Origin: Alphaproteobacteria bacterium | Lineage (GTDB): Bacteria; Pseudomonadota; Alphaproteobacteria; MPNO01 | Assembly: GCA_964291675.2 (NCBI GenBank) | Contig: OZ219866.1 | Coordinates: 2,848,001-2,912,000, forward strand | Direction of reading: 5' to 3' | DNA: 64,000 bases | Part shown: in pieces, positions 46,774 through 55,903 of the stretch | Layout of the letters: the number at the start of each line of letters is the position of its first letter | Numbering within the stretch: the first letter of the stretch is position 1 | The notes under the pieces: generated by a model | Databases searched by the model: none | What the model was told of the DNA's origin: nothing | What the model saw: the letters and a program-made list of their open reading frames with translations, nothing else | Translations under genes and position numbers: made by a program

Positions 46774-46805
46774 ATCCGATGCTGACAAGCGCCGAGGGGG
46801 AATCG

Positions 46806-47201
46806 ATGGAGATATTGCAACCGCCGGGCTGGAAGCGGCCCAGGGGCTATTCCAACGGCGTCGCGGCGTCCGGCCGCATGGTCTTCGTCGCCGGCCAGAT
46901 CGGCTGGAACGCGGACCAGGAGATCGAGAGCGACGACTTCGCCGAGCAGTTCCGCCGGGCGCTGGCGAACATCGTGGCCGTGCTGGCCGAGGCCGGCGCC
47001 GGGCCCGAACACATCGTCCGGATGACCATGTATTTCACCGACAAGCGCGAATATCTCGACCGGCTGGCGGAAATCGGCGCGGCCTATCGGGATACGATCG
47101 GGCGCAGCTACCCGGCGATGGCGGCGGTCGAGGTCTCGGCCCTGATGGAGGACCGCGCCAAGGTCGAGATCGAGGCGACCGCGGTGGTTCCCGACGATTG
47201 A
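46806..47201 (+). CDS. RidA/YjgF family protein
   Basis: LQPPGWKRPRGYSNG, VAGQIGW, YPAM, KVEIEATAV. Confidence 0.92.
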   Translation: MEILQPPGWKRPRGYSNGVAASGRMVFVAGQIGWNADQEIESDDFAEQFRRALANIVAVLAEAGAGPEHIVRMTMYFTDKREYLDRLAEIGAAYRDTIGRSYPAMAAVEVSALMEDRAKVEIEATAVVPDD

Positions 47202-47245
47202 GGCGTCGTGTACGGTCCGCCCGCATCGCCTGACGGGGGAGGTCC

Positions 47246-48148
47246 ATGGAAATCCGCAAGCACGGCCGCTACGACTACTCCGCGATCGTCGACCGCCCGC
47301 AATACGACTGGCCGGACGGCAAGCGGCTCGCCTTCTATATAGGTCTGAACATCGAGCATTTCAGCTACGGCGAGGGGATGGGCCACACCCCGACCGCGCC
47401 CGGCCCGCAGCCCGACATCCGCAACTATGCGTGGCGCGATTACGGGCTGAGGGTGGGAATCTGGCGTATTCTCGACCTGTTCGACGAGCTCGAGCTGCCG
47501 GCCTGCCACCTGGTCAACACGGCGGTCTACGACTACGCGCCGCAGATCATGGAGCGCGTGCGCGCCCGCGGCGACGAGGTGGTGGGCCACGGCCGCACCA
47601 ACTCCGAGCGCCAGGGCGACCTCACCGAGGACGAGGAGCGGGTGCTGATCCGCGAGGCCACCGACATCCTGATCGAGCAGGAGGGGGTGCAGCCGGGCGG
47701 CTGGCTCGGCCCGTGGATCTCCGAGACCGGGGCGACCCTCGACCATCTCAAGGAGGCCGGCTACCGCTACGTGCTCGACTGGCCGCTCGACGACCAGCCG
47801 GTGTGGATGAAGACCAAATTCGGGCCGATCCTCTCGGTGCCCTACCCGGTGGAGCTCAACGATTCGCCGGCGCTGCTGAACCGCCACCACACGGCGCGCG
47901 AGTTCACCGAGATGGTGACCGACCAGATCGACGAGATGCTGAAGCTGTGCGAGGCGCAGCCGCTGGCCTATGCGCTGTCGCTGCACACCTTCATCGTCGG
48001 CCAGCCCTACCGCCTGGCCGAGCTGCGCCGCATCCTGAGATACATCGTCGAGCACCCGCGCGCCGACCGCATCTGGTTCACCCGCCCGGGCGCCGTCGCC
48101 GACCACGTCGAATCGCTCCCCGAGGGCACGCTGCCGACGCCGGGGTAG
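47246..48148 (+). CDS. polysaccharide deacetylase family protein (PuuE allantoinase-like)
   Basis: WPDGKRLA, WRDYGLRVG, GHG, GWLGP, DDQP, LHTFIVGQP. Confidence 0.88.
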   Translation: MEIRKHGRYDYSAIVDRPQYDWPDGKRLAFYIGLNIEHFSYGEGMGHTPTAPGPQPDIRNYAWRDYGLRVGIWRILDLFDELELPACHLVNTAVYDYAPQIMERVRARGDEVVGHGRTNSERQGDLTEDEERVLIREATDILIEQEGVQPGGWLGPWISETGATLDHLKEAGYRYVLDWPLDDQPVWMKTKFGPILSVPYPVELNDSPALLNRHHTAREFTEMVTDQIDEMLKLCEAQPLAYALSLHTFIVGQPYRLAELRRILRYIVEHPRADRIWFTRPGAVADHVESLPEGTLPTPG

Positions 48149-48217
48149 GCGGGCGATCTCTCGGGCCGCGCCCCTGCCCGCCCCGTCATGACCAGCCGTG
48201 GGGGCGTATCGAAGGGC

Positions 48218-49408
48218 CTAGCGCACGCCCGGTAGCCTGAGCGCGAGGCTGGCGGCGAGCGCCGCGACCGAGAGCGGCAGCACCACCAGGATCATCGGGT
48301 CGACGGTACCGTCGGCGAACAGCCCGGTCGCCTGCGACGCGGCGGCGGCGAAGAACATCTGCATGAACACGCCGATGCCCGACGCGGTGCCGGCGAGGTC
48401 CTTGTCGACGGCGATGGCGCCCGACTGCGCGCTCGGCAAGGCGAGCCCCTGGCTCAGGGTGATGACGAAGCCGGGGACGAAGATGCCGAGCGGCGTCGGC
48501 GTCGCCAGCCAGAGCGCCGCGGCCAGCGCCACCGCGCCGGCCATGTTGAGGACCGAGCCGGCCAATACCATCGTGTCGATCGGCACCCGGAGCCCGAACC
48601 GGGCGGCGATGAAGTTGCCGAGCAGGTAGCCCGCCGGGAAGAACAGGAAATAGAGCCCGTACTCCGACGCCGGGCGGTTCAGCATCCCGGTCATCAGCAG
48701 CGACGACGCGGCGGCGATGGCGAAGAAGGCGCCGGTGACGAAGCCGGTGTGGAGCACGTAGAGCGAGAACCGCGCTATCCGGAACAGCCGCCGATAGGCG
48801 CCGAGCATCGCCCGCGCACTCTGCACCCTGCCGCTCGCCGGGCGGGTCTCCGGGATGAAGCAGACCGAAAAGACCACCAGCAGCGCCCCCGCGGCGGCGG
48901 CGAACCAGAAGATCCAGCGCCAGCCCAGCCCGTCCACGATGGCGCCGCCGAGCGGCGGCGACAGCATCGGCCCCATCACATAGGCCATGGTCAGGAGCGC
49001 GATGATCTGGGTCAGCCGTTCCAGCCCGTAGACGTCGCGCGCGATGGCGCGGGCCAGCACCAGCCCGCTCGCCGCGCCGGCGGCCTGCAGCAGCCGGCCG
49101 AGGATCAGCACCTCGATCGCCTCGGCGGCGGCGCAGGCAAGCGAGCCCGCGACGAACAGCACGATCCCGCCGAGCAGCACCGGCTTGCGCCCGAACCCGT
49201 CCGACAGCGAGCCGATCGCCAGCGTCGCCGCGGCGAGGGTGAACATGGTGACGCTGAAGGTGAACTGCGCCGTCGCCGCGTCGACCTCGAAGGCGGACTT
49301 GATGGCCGACAGCGCGGGCAGATAGAAATGGATCGACAGCGGGTTGATCAGCGTGATCGCCGCAAGCAGCCCGATGAAGCCGTAATCCCTGGGCTCGAGC
49401 GGCTTCAC
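48218..49408 (-). CDS. Bcr/CflA family multidrug efflux MFS transporter
   Basis: YLPAL, GSLSDGFGRKPVLL, GRLLQAAG, ARAIARD, GWRWIF. Confidence 0.92.
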   Translation of the reverse strand: MKPLEPRDYGFIGLLAAITLINPLSIHFYLPALSAIKSAFEVDAATAQFTFSVTMFTLAAATLAIGSLSDGFGRKPVLLGGIVLFVAGSLACAAAEAIEVLILGRLLQAAGAASGLVLARAIARDVYGLERLTQIIALLTMAYVMGPMLSPPLGGAIVDGLGWRWIFWFAAAAGALLVVFSVCFIPETRPASGRVQSARAMLGAYRRLFRIARFSLYVLHTGFVTGAFFAIAAASSLLMTGMLNRPASEYGLYFLFFPAGYLLGNFIAARFGLRVPIDTMVLAGSVLNMAGAVALAAALWLATPTPLGIFVPGFVITLSQGLALPSAQSGAIAVDKDLAGTASGIGVFMQMFFAAAASQATGLFADGTVDPMILVVLPLSVAALAASLALRLPGVR

Positions 49409-49439
49409 GGGCGGGGCGATTTGTCGGCCTCGCGCCCCC

Positions 49440-49721
49440 TCACGAGGACGTCAGCGCGCGCATGACGGCTTCCGGCTCCTTCTGGATCACGCGCAGAAGG
49501 GTCGCCGCCGGGCCGCTGACGCGGCGCGCGCCCTGCTCCCATTTCCGATAGCCCGACAGGCTCATGCCGATCAGCGGGGCCATCTGCGCCTGCGTGAGCT
49601 TGGCCTGCTTGCGAACCTCGCGCGGGGTCACGGACTCGTGAAGGATCGCCGGACCCGCCCCCTTGGCATGGGCAAGGGCCTCTTCGAGGGACCGGACCAG
49701 GTCTTCTCCGAACGCAGTCAT
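49440..49721 (-). CDS. HigA2-type HTH antitoxin (orphaned)
   Basis: MTAFGEDLVRSLEEALAHAKG...LTQAQMA...KWEQGARRVSGPAATLLRVI. Confidence 0.88.
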   Translation of the reverse strand: MTAFGEDLVRSLEEALAHAKGAGPAILHESVTPREVRKQAKLTQAQMAPLIGMSLSGYRKWEQGARRVSGPAATLLRVIQKEPEAVMRALTSS

Positions 49722-49768
49722 GGTCTCTCCTTCGCGGCGGCCCGGATCGCGGCAACCACCGCGAGCAT
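49718..49768 (-). pseudogene. collapsed toxin gene (16-codon remnant)
   Basis: MLAVVAAIRAAAKERP* overlaps the antitoxin start as ATGA, in the position a HigB-type toxin normally takes. Confidence 0.55.
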
Positions 49769-49774
49769 TGCGTA

Positions 49775-49805
49775 AGACATAACCCAATGGGGTATAAATT
49801 GGCAA
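49775..49805 (-). promoter_or_regulatory. TA-type promoter/operator
   Basis: Minus strand TTGCCA-N17/18-(T)TATGT with the internal palindrome ataccccattgggttat; AT-rich patch. Confidence 0.55.
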
Positions 49806-49901
49806 CGATCCCGTGCCATTTGAGCGAGCCACATGGCGACCCGCTCGCCCCCGCGCGACCATTCTGGACGGGGAACGCCGGTCCGCGCATCATTGGCGGC
49901 A

Positions 49902-51176
49902 ATGGACGCACCCTTCATCATCGACGATCCCGAAGGCGAGCGCTTCCGGCTCAACCGCCGGGTGCTCGTCGACCCGGACATCCTGGAGGACGAGCGCCGG
50001 CGGATCTTCGACCGCTGTTGGATCTATCTCGGCCACGATTCGGAGATCCCCGAGCCCGGCGACTTCCGCACCCGCCACGTGGCCGGGCGTCCGGTCCTGT
50101 TCGTGCGCGACCGCGAGGGCAGGGCGCGCGCGTTCCTCAATACATGCCGGCATCGCGGCACCATGGTGTGCCGCGAGCGCGAAGGCAACCGGACGCGGTT
50201 CGCCTGCCTCTATCACGGCTGGACCTACGATCATGGCGGCGCGCTCACCCACGTGCCGGGCGAGGAGTCCTACGGCGCCGGCTTCGACAAGGCCGATTTC
50301 GCGCTCGGCGAGGTGCCGGCGTTCGACGACTATCGCGGCTTCCGCTTCGTCCATTTCGGCGCCGATCCCGAGCCGCTCGCCGACTACCTCGCCGGCGCCA
50401 GGGAGTATCTCGACCTGGTGGTCGACCAGTCGCCGTCCGCGCGGCTGGAAATCGTCGCCGGCACCCAGGAATACGACATCCGCGCCAACTGGAAGCTGCT
50501 GGTCGAGAACAGCTTCGACGACTACCACCTGCACGCGACGCATTCGACCTATCTCGAATACATGAAGGATTCGGGGGTGTCGGTGCGCCTGCCCAGCGGG
50601 CTGATGATGCCGGCGCCCGGCGTCGGCAAGTCGCTCGGCAACGGCCACGCCGTGGTCGACAACGTCAACTTCCGCGGCCGGCCGATCGCCGCCTGGATCC
50701 CGCTCTACGGCGAGGACGCGAAGCCCGAGATCGCGGCGATCCGGGGCGAGCTCGAAGCCCGGCTCGGCGAGGACCGCGCGCGCCGCGTCGCCGACACCAA
50801 CCGCAACCTCGTCGTCTTCCCCAACCTGGTGATCAATGACGGCTCGGCGGTGACGGTCCGCACGTTCTGGCCCACGGCGGTCGACCGTATGCGGGTGACC
50901 GCCTGGGCGCTCGGCCCGGTCGAGGAATCGGAGACCTCGCGGGCGCGCCGGCTCGACAGCTTTCTCACCTTCTACGGGCCGGGCGGGCTGGCCACGCCCG
51001 ACGACGTCGAGGCGCTGGAGCTGGTGCAGGACGGCCTGTCCACCTGGCGGGAGGTCGGCTGGTCCGAGATCTCGCGCGGCATGAACAAGACCGGCGAGCA
51101 GCTCAACACCGACGAGCTCCACCTGCGCAGCTTCTGGCGGCGCTGGAACGCGCTGATGACCGGCGGCGCGTCGTGA
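49902..51176 (+). CDS. Rieske ring-hydroxylating oxygenase alpha subunit (p-cumate/benzoate-like group)
   Basis: NTCRHRG...CLYHGW; NWKLLVENSFDDYHLHATH; FYGPGGLATPDD. Confidence 0.93.
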   Translation: MDAPFIIDDPEGERFRLNRRVLVDPDILEDERRRIFDRCWIYLGHDSEIPEPGDFRTRHVAGRPVLFVRDREGRARAFLNTCRHRGTMVCREREGNRTRFACLYHGWTYDHGGALTHVPGEESYGAGFDKADFALGEVPAFDDYRGFRFVHFGADPEPLADYLAGAREYLDLVVDQSPSARLEIVAGTQEYDIRANWKLLVENSFDDYHLHATHSTYLEYMKDSGVSVRLPSGLMMPAPGVGKSLGNGHAVVDNVNFRGRPIAAWIPLYGEDAKPEIAAIRGELEARLGEDRARRVADTNRNLVVFPNLVINDGSAVTVRTFWPTAVDRMRVTAWALGPVEESETSRARRLDSFLTFYGPGGLATPDDVEALELVQDGLSTWREVGWSEISRGMNKTGEQLNTDELHLRSFWRRWNALMTGGAS

Positions 51177-51667
51177 CATCCATCGACGCGGTCGGGCGCG
51201 AGGACGTGGAGGCGCTGTTCTACGAGGAGGCGGCGCTGCTGGATGCCTGGCGGCTCGACGACTGGCTCGGCCTCTTGACCGAAGATGCGCGCTACCTGGT
51301 GCCGCCCAACGACGTGCCGGACGGCGATCCCCGCGACACGCTGTTCACCATCGCCGACGACATCGCGCGCATCCACGGCCGGGTCAAGCGCCTCAAGAGC
51401 GAGGACGCGCATGCCGAGCGCCCGCGCTCGCGCACCAGGCGGCTGGTCTCCAATGTCCGCATCGTCGGGCGCGACGGCGGCGAGCTCCTCGCCGAGGCCA
51501 ATTTCGCGGTCTACCGGTTCCGCCGCAACGAGCGAATCGGCGAGTATGTGGGGCGCTACCGCTACCGGCTGCGCGCCGCCGCGGACGGGCTCCGCATCGC
51601 CGAGCGCCGCGCCATCCTCGACAGCGAGGAGCTCGGCGCCCTCGGCTCGGTGAGCTTTATCCTGTGA
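51173..51667 (+). CDS. ring-hydroxylating oxygenase beta subunit
   Basis: FYEEAALLDAWRLDDWL, HAERPRSRTRRLVSNV; GTGA overlap with alpha. Confidence 0.92.
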   Translation: MTSIDAVGREDVEALFYEEAALLDAWRLDDWLGLLTEDARYLVPPNDVPDGDPRDTLFTIADDIARIHGRVKRLKSEDAHAERPRSRTRRLVSNVRIVGRDGGELLAEANFAVYRFRRNERIGEYVGRYRYRLRAAADGLRIAERRAILDSEELGALGSVSFIL

Positions 51668-51676
51668 GGGCGGACC

Positions 51677-52486
51677 TCAGGCCATCACGCTCTCGGCGTG
51701 GCCGTAGTCGAATATTTCCGGCTCGATGTCGCCGGCGTAGATCGCCCGCACCCGGTCCTCGCTCAGCGGGAAGCTGAACTCGGCGTTGCGCATCGGGATG
51801 CGCAGCCGGAGCTGTTCGAGGACCAGCGTCTCCAGCAGGTCGAGCTGCGCCTCCGACCAGCCCTCCTCGTCGAGGCCGACGATGCCTTCCAGCATGTGGC
51901 CGAACTCGTCCTCATAGACCTTGGTGCAGGCCTCGGCGATCATGTCGTCCGTGCCGCCCCGCCCCTTGAGCCGCATCCCCTCGCGGAACAGGGTGCAGTA
52001 GCCGCCCTCGGTGAAACGGCTCGCGCGCACGCCGAGCGCGCCGTGCTCGGCGTTGTGGCGGTGGCGGGTGCGGGTGAGCTCCGCGTCCTCGTCCCAGGTC
52101 TCCAGCTCGTGCGGGTTCATCGGCGGCGTGCCGGGGCCGCGGATCGCGTCGTAGATGTCGGCGAAGCGGGCGTAGTGGTCGAACTCGTCGTGCAGGATCT
52201 CGATCAGCTCCAGCGCGTAGCGCCGGTCGACCCCGCCCTCGCCGGTGTCGATCTTCGGAAAGATCTCGCCGAGCTCGGTGATCGGCCCCATGAACACGCC
52301 CATGTTCTTGTACTCGCCGATGCCGGTGCCGTTGAACTCCTTCGAGCACTGGCGGCGCAGCCACAGCAGCTCGCTCTCGTGGTTGCGCACGGGGGAGTCC
52401 CAGTAGGTCCGGACCACCTCGGCCTCGCCGGCCCAGAGCGGCGCCGACACCTCGATCAGCCTGGTCAGTCTCTCGCTCAGCGCCAT
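51677..52486 (-). CDS. hypothetical ferritin-like di-iron protein
   Basis: GGAGG RBS; KEF...DEFDH...TEGG...DEFGH gives an E/ExxH/E/ExxH ligand pattern. Confidence 0.65.
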   Translation of the reverse strand: MALSERLTRLIEVSAPLWAGEAEVVRTYWDSPVRNHESELLWLRRQCSKEFNGTGIGEYKNMGVFMGPITELGEIFPKIDTGEGGVDRRYALELIEILHDEFDHYARFADIYDAIRGPGTPPMNPHELETWDEDAELTRTRHRHNAEHGALGVRASRFTEGGYCTLFREGMRLKGRGGTDDMIAEACTKVYEDEFGHMLEGIVGLDEEGWSEAQLDLLETLVLEQLRLRIPMRNAEFSFPLSEDRVRAIYAGDIEPEIFDYGHAESVMA

Positions 52487-52574
52487 CCTTGCCTCCGTCG
52501 CGTTCGCCATGCCCATGCTCCGCTGGCAGTCTACGCGCAACCATCTGGACAGGCCACAACGGGAGGACGAAGCG

Positions 52575-52889
52575 ATGTCCTACTGCCTTGCCTATATGAC
52601 GGCGGCGAGCGTCGCGGAGGCGAAGACCATCGGCCGCGCGCTGGTCGAGGACCGGCTCGCCGCCTGCGTCAACGTCGTCCCCGGCATGGTCTCGCTCTAT
52701 CGCTGGGAGGGCGCGCTGGAGGAGGCCGAGGAGGTCGTGCTGATCGCCAAGACGCGGGCCGAGAAGTTCGATGCGCTGGCGCGGCGGGTGGCGGATATCC
52801 ACCCCTACGACACGCCGTGTGCGATCCGGCTCGACATCTCCGCCGGCCTTGCGCCCTTCCTCGACTGGATCGCGGAGGAAACCGGCTGA
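52575..52889 (+). CDS. cutA: divalent-cation tolerance protein CutA
   Basis: RLAACVN, SLYRWEG, IAKT, HPYDTP. Confidence 0.93.
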   Translation: MSYCLAYMTAASVAEAKTIGRALVEDRLAACVNVVPGMVSLYRWEGALEEAEEVVLIAKTRAEKFDALARRVADIHPYDTPCAIRLDISAGLAPFLDWIAEETG

Positions 52890-52938
52890 ACGCCGCGTTC
52901 TTGCCCTTCTTCCCGTCGCGCGCTAGCGTCCGGCGGCG

Positions 52939-53460
52939 ATGAGCGAAGCCGTCAGACTGGCGCATCACGACTTCTACCCGGACCGCCGGATCCGCACGAT
53001 CCTCGCGAACGTGCGGACCATCGCCATGGTGGGCGCGAGCACGCTGTGGCGCCGGCCGAGCTTCTACGCGATGAAGTACCTGCAAAAGCGCGGCTACCGG
53101 GTGATCCCGGTCAACCCGGCGCGGGCGGGGGCGGAGATTTTGGGCGAGACGGTGCATCCCGACATCGCCGCGGCACCCGGGCCGATCGACATGGTCGACG
53201 TCTTCCGCCCCTCCGAAGAGGCGCTGGAGATCGCGAGGGACGCGATCGCCAACAGGGACGCGAAGGGCATCCAGGTGCTCTGGATGCAGCTCTCGGTGCG
53301 CAACGACGAGGCGGCCAGGCTCGCCGAGGAAGCGGGGCTGGTCGTCGTCATGGACCGCTGCCCCAAGATCGAGTATGCGAGGCTCTCGGGCGAGCTCGGC
53401 TGGAGCGGCATCAACTCCGGCATCGTCACCGCCAAGAGCCTGAGGCCGCCTCGGGCATGA
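52939..53460 (+). CDS. CoA-binding protein (YccU-like)
   Basis: TIAMVGAS, RPS, VIPVNP, DMVDVFR, WMQL, VMDRCPKIE. Confidence 0.92.
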   Translation: MSEAVRLAHHDFYPDRRIRTILANVRTIAMVGASTLWRRPSFYAMKYLQKRGYRVIPVNPARAGAEILGETVHPDIAAAPGPIDMVDVFRPSEEALEIARDAIANRDAKGIQVLWMQLSVRNDEAARLAEEAGLVVVMDRCPKIEYARLSGELGWSGINSGIVTAKSLRPPRA

Positions 53461-54791
53461 CCGAACGGGGGCGCATCAAGGCGCTGCTCGATGCGCTCCC
53501 CGACGAGGGGGAGGCGCGCGCGCCCGGCTTCGAGACCCTCGCCGTCCATGCCGGCGCCAGGCCCGACCCGGTGACCGGCGCCCGCGCGACGCCGATCTAC
53601 CAGACCACCTCCTTCGCCTTCGACGACGCCGACCACGCCGCGGAGCTGTTCAACCTCCAGACCTTCGGCTACATCTATTCGCGGCTCACCAACCCGACCG
53701 TCGCGGTGCTGGAGGAGCGCATCGCCGCGCTCGAAGGCGGGCGCGGCGCGGTGGCCACCGCGTCGGGGCACGCCGCGCAGTTCCTCGCCGCGGCCACGCT
53801 GCTCGAGCCGGGCGACGAGTTCCTCGCCTCGCGCCACCTCTATGGCGGCTCGCTCACCCAGTTCGGGATCACCTTCGCCAGGCTCGGCTGGACCTGCCGC
53901 TTCGTCGACATGACCGATGTCTACAACGTCCGGGCGGCGATGACCGACAAGGTGAAGTTCGTCTTCTGCGAGTCGCTCGCCAACCCAGGCGGGGTGGTGA
54001 TCGACATCGAGCCCATCGCGCGAATCGCGGCCGAGTGGGGGGTTCCGCTGGTGGTCGACAACACGCTCGCCTCGCCCTGGCTGATGCGCCCCTTCGAGTG
54101 GGGCGCCGACATCTCGATCCATTCGATGACCAAGTTCATTGGCGGCCACGGCAACACGATGGGCGGCGTCGTCGTCGAGTCGGGCCGCTTCGACTGGACC
54201 GCGAACGACAAGTTTCCCGGGCTCACGCGACCGGACCCGGCCTATCACGGGCTCACCTTCGCCGAGACCTTCGGCGATTTCGCGCTGACCATGAAGATGC
54301 GCGCCGTCGCGCTGCGCGACTACGGGGCGAGCCTCTCGGCGCAGTCGGCCTTCGCCCTGCTCCAGGGGGTCGAGACCCTGCCGCTCAGGATGGAACGGCA
54401 TTGCGCGAACGCGCTCGCCGTCGCGCGCTGGCTCGAAGCCCATCCCAGGGTCGCCTGGGTCTCCTATGCCGGGCTCGAGTCCTCGCCCTACCGGGAGCTT
54501 GCGCAAAAATACCTGCCGCGCGGCGCGGGGGCCGTGCTGACCTTCGGCGTGAAGGGCGGCTACGAGGCGGGGATCGCCGTGGTCGACCGGGTCGAGCTGT
54601 TCTCCCACCTCGCCAATATCGGCGACACCAGGAGCCTGATCATCCACCCCGCCTCGACCACCCACCGCCAGCTCGACGAGGAGCAGCAGATCCGCGCCGG
54701 CGCCGGGCCCGAGGTGGTCCGCCTGTCGGTCGGAATCGAGACGGTGGACGACCTGATCGCCGACCTCGACCGTGCGCTCGCCGGGGTGTGA
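53457..54791 (+). CDS. metY: O-acetylhomoserine aminocarboxypropyltransferase
   Basis: TPIYQTTSF, IYSRLTNPT, HSMTKFIGGHG (PLP Lys), ANIGDTRSLIIHPASTTH. Confidence 0.93.
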   Translation: MTERGRIKALLDALPDEGEARAPGFETLAVHAGARPDPVTGARATPIYQTTSFAFDDADHAAELFNLQTFGYIYSRLTNPTVAVLEERIAALEGGRGAVATASGHAAQFLAAATLLEPGDEFLASRHLYGGSLTQFGITFARLGWTCRFVDMTDVYNVRAAMTDKVKFVFCESLANPGGVVIDIEPIARIAAEWGVPLVVDNTLASPWLMRPFEWGADISIHSMTKFIGGHGNTMGGVVVESGRFDWTANDKFPGLTRPDPAYHGLTFAETFGDFALTMKMRAVALRDYGASLSAQSAFALLQGVETLPLRMERHCANALAVARWLEAHPRVAWVSYAGLESSPYRELAQKYLPRGAGAVLTFGVKGGYEAGIAVVDRVELFSHLANIGDTRSLIIHPASTTHRQLDEEQQIRAGAGPEVVRLSVGIETVDDLIADLDRALAGV

Positions 54792-54797
54792 TCGGCG

Positions 54798-54892
54798 TCC
54801 CTCGATACGGCGCTTGCGCGCCTACTCGGGATGAGGGTGTAGGAAAATGGCCTCATCCTGAGCAGGCCGCCGCAGGCGGGCGTATCGAAGGA
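54798..54892. repeat. inverted REP doublet (GTAG-type) between convergent genes
   Basis: tccctcgatacggcgcttgcgcgcctactcgggatgaggg ... cctcatcctgagcaggccgccgcaggcgggcgtatcgaagga. Confidence 0.9.
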
Positions 54893-54894
54893 CC

Positions 54895-55704
54895 TCAGCG
54901 GTCTTCCCAGCGCGGCTCGCGCTTTTCGAGAAAGGCGTCGATCCCTTCGCCGGCGTCGCGGGCGAGCATGTTGCGCGTCATCGCCTCGCTGGCGACGCGG
55001 TAGGCGTCCTCGAACCCGGCCTCGACCTGGCGGTAGAACGCCTGCTTGCCGATGGCGATGGTGAGCGCCGACTTTTGCGCGATGCGCGCGGCCAGCGCGT
55101 CGGTCTCCGCCTCCAGCGCCTCCGGCGCGACCACGCGGTTGACGAGGCCGTACCCGGCCGCGGTTTCGGCATCGATCGCATCGCCCGTCAGCAGCATCTC
55201 CATCATCCGCTTGCGCGGCACGTTGCGGCTGATCGCGACCATCGGCGTCGAGCAGAACAGGCCGATCTCGACGCCGGGCGTCGCGAACTTGGCATCGCTG
55301 GAGGCCACCGCGAGGTCGCAGCTCGCGACGAGCTGGCAGCCCGCCGCCGTCGCCGTTCCCTGCACCCGGGCGATCGCCGGCTTGGGCAGGCGGATCAGCG
55401 ACAGCATCAGCTTGCCGCTCTCGCCGAACAGGGCCGCCACGGCCTCCTTCGACGGGTTCGCGCGCAGCTCCCGCATGTCGTGGCCGGCGCAGAAGGCGGG
55501 GCCGTTGGCGCCGATCACCAGCACGCGCACCGAGGGATCGGCGGCGATCGAGTCGATCTCCGACTGGAGCGCCGCCATCGCCGCGCTCGACAGCGCGTTG
55601 CGCGCCGCCGGACGGTTGAGCACCAGCGTCGCGATGCCGTCCGCGTCGCGCCTCAGCACCGGCGCGTCGTTGCTCGCCGCGTCGTGGGACAGATTGGTTG
55701 CCAT
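54895..55704 (-). CDS. enoyl-CoA hydratase
   Basis: NRPAARNALS, FCAGHD, ATAAGCQLVASCD, GLFCSTPMV. Confidence 0.93.
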   Translation of the reverse strand: MATNLSHDAASNDAPVLRRDADGIATLVLNRPAARNALSSAAMAALQSEIDSIAADPSVRVLVIGANGPAFCAGHDMRELRANPSKEAVAALFGESGKLMLSLIRLPKPAIARVQGTATAAGCQLVASCDLAVASSDAKFATPGVEIGLFCSTPMVAISRNVPRKRMMEMLLTGDAIDAETAAGYGLVNRVVAPEALEAETDALAARIAQKSALTIAIGKQAFYRQVEAGFEDAYRVASEAMTRNMLARDAGEGIDAFLEKREPRWEDR

Positions 55705-55826
55705 CGGGCGATCCCCAAGGTCGATCCGGCGCCAATCTGGCGCGGCCAGGGGCGCGAGGCAAGGGCGCGATCTCGCATAACATGTTACGCTCCCATAAAT
55801 CCCTGCTCCCAAAAGCCTTTCCGGCA

Positions 55827-55854
55827 TTGACACTGCGAAAACTTCTGCGATACT
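55827..55854 (+). promoter_or_regulatory. sigma70 promoter of rplM-rpsI
   Basis: TTGACA-N16-GATACT about 50 bp upstream of rplM. Confidence 0.6.
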
Positions 55855-55903
55855 CGCGCGCCGTTCCGCGCTGGCGGACGGGATTCTACGGGCGGGGCTA
55901 ACG

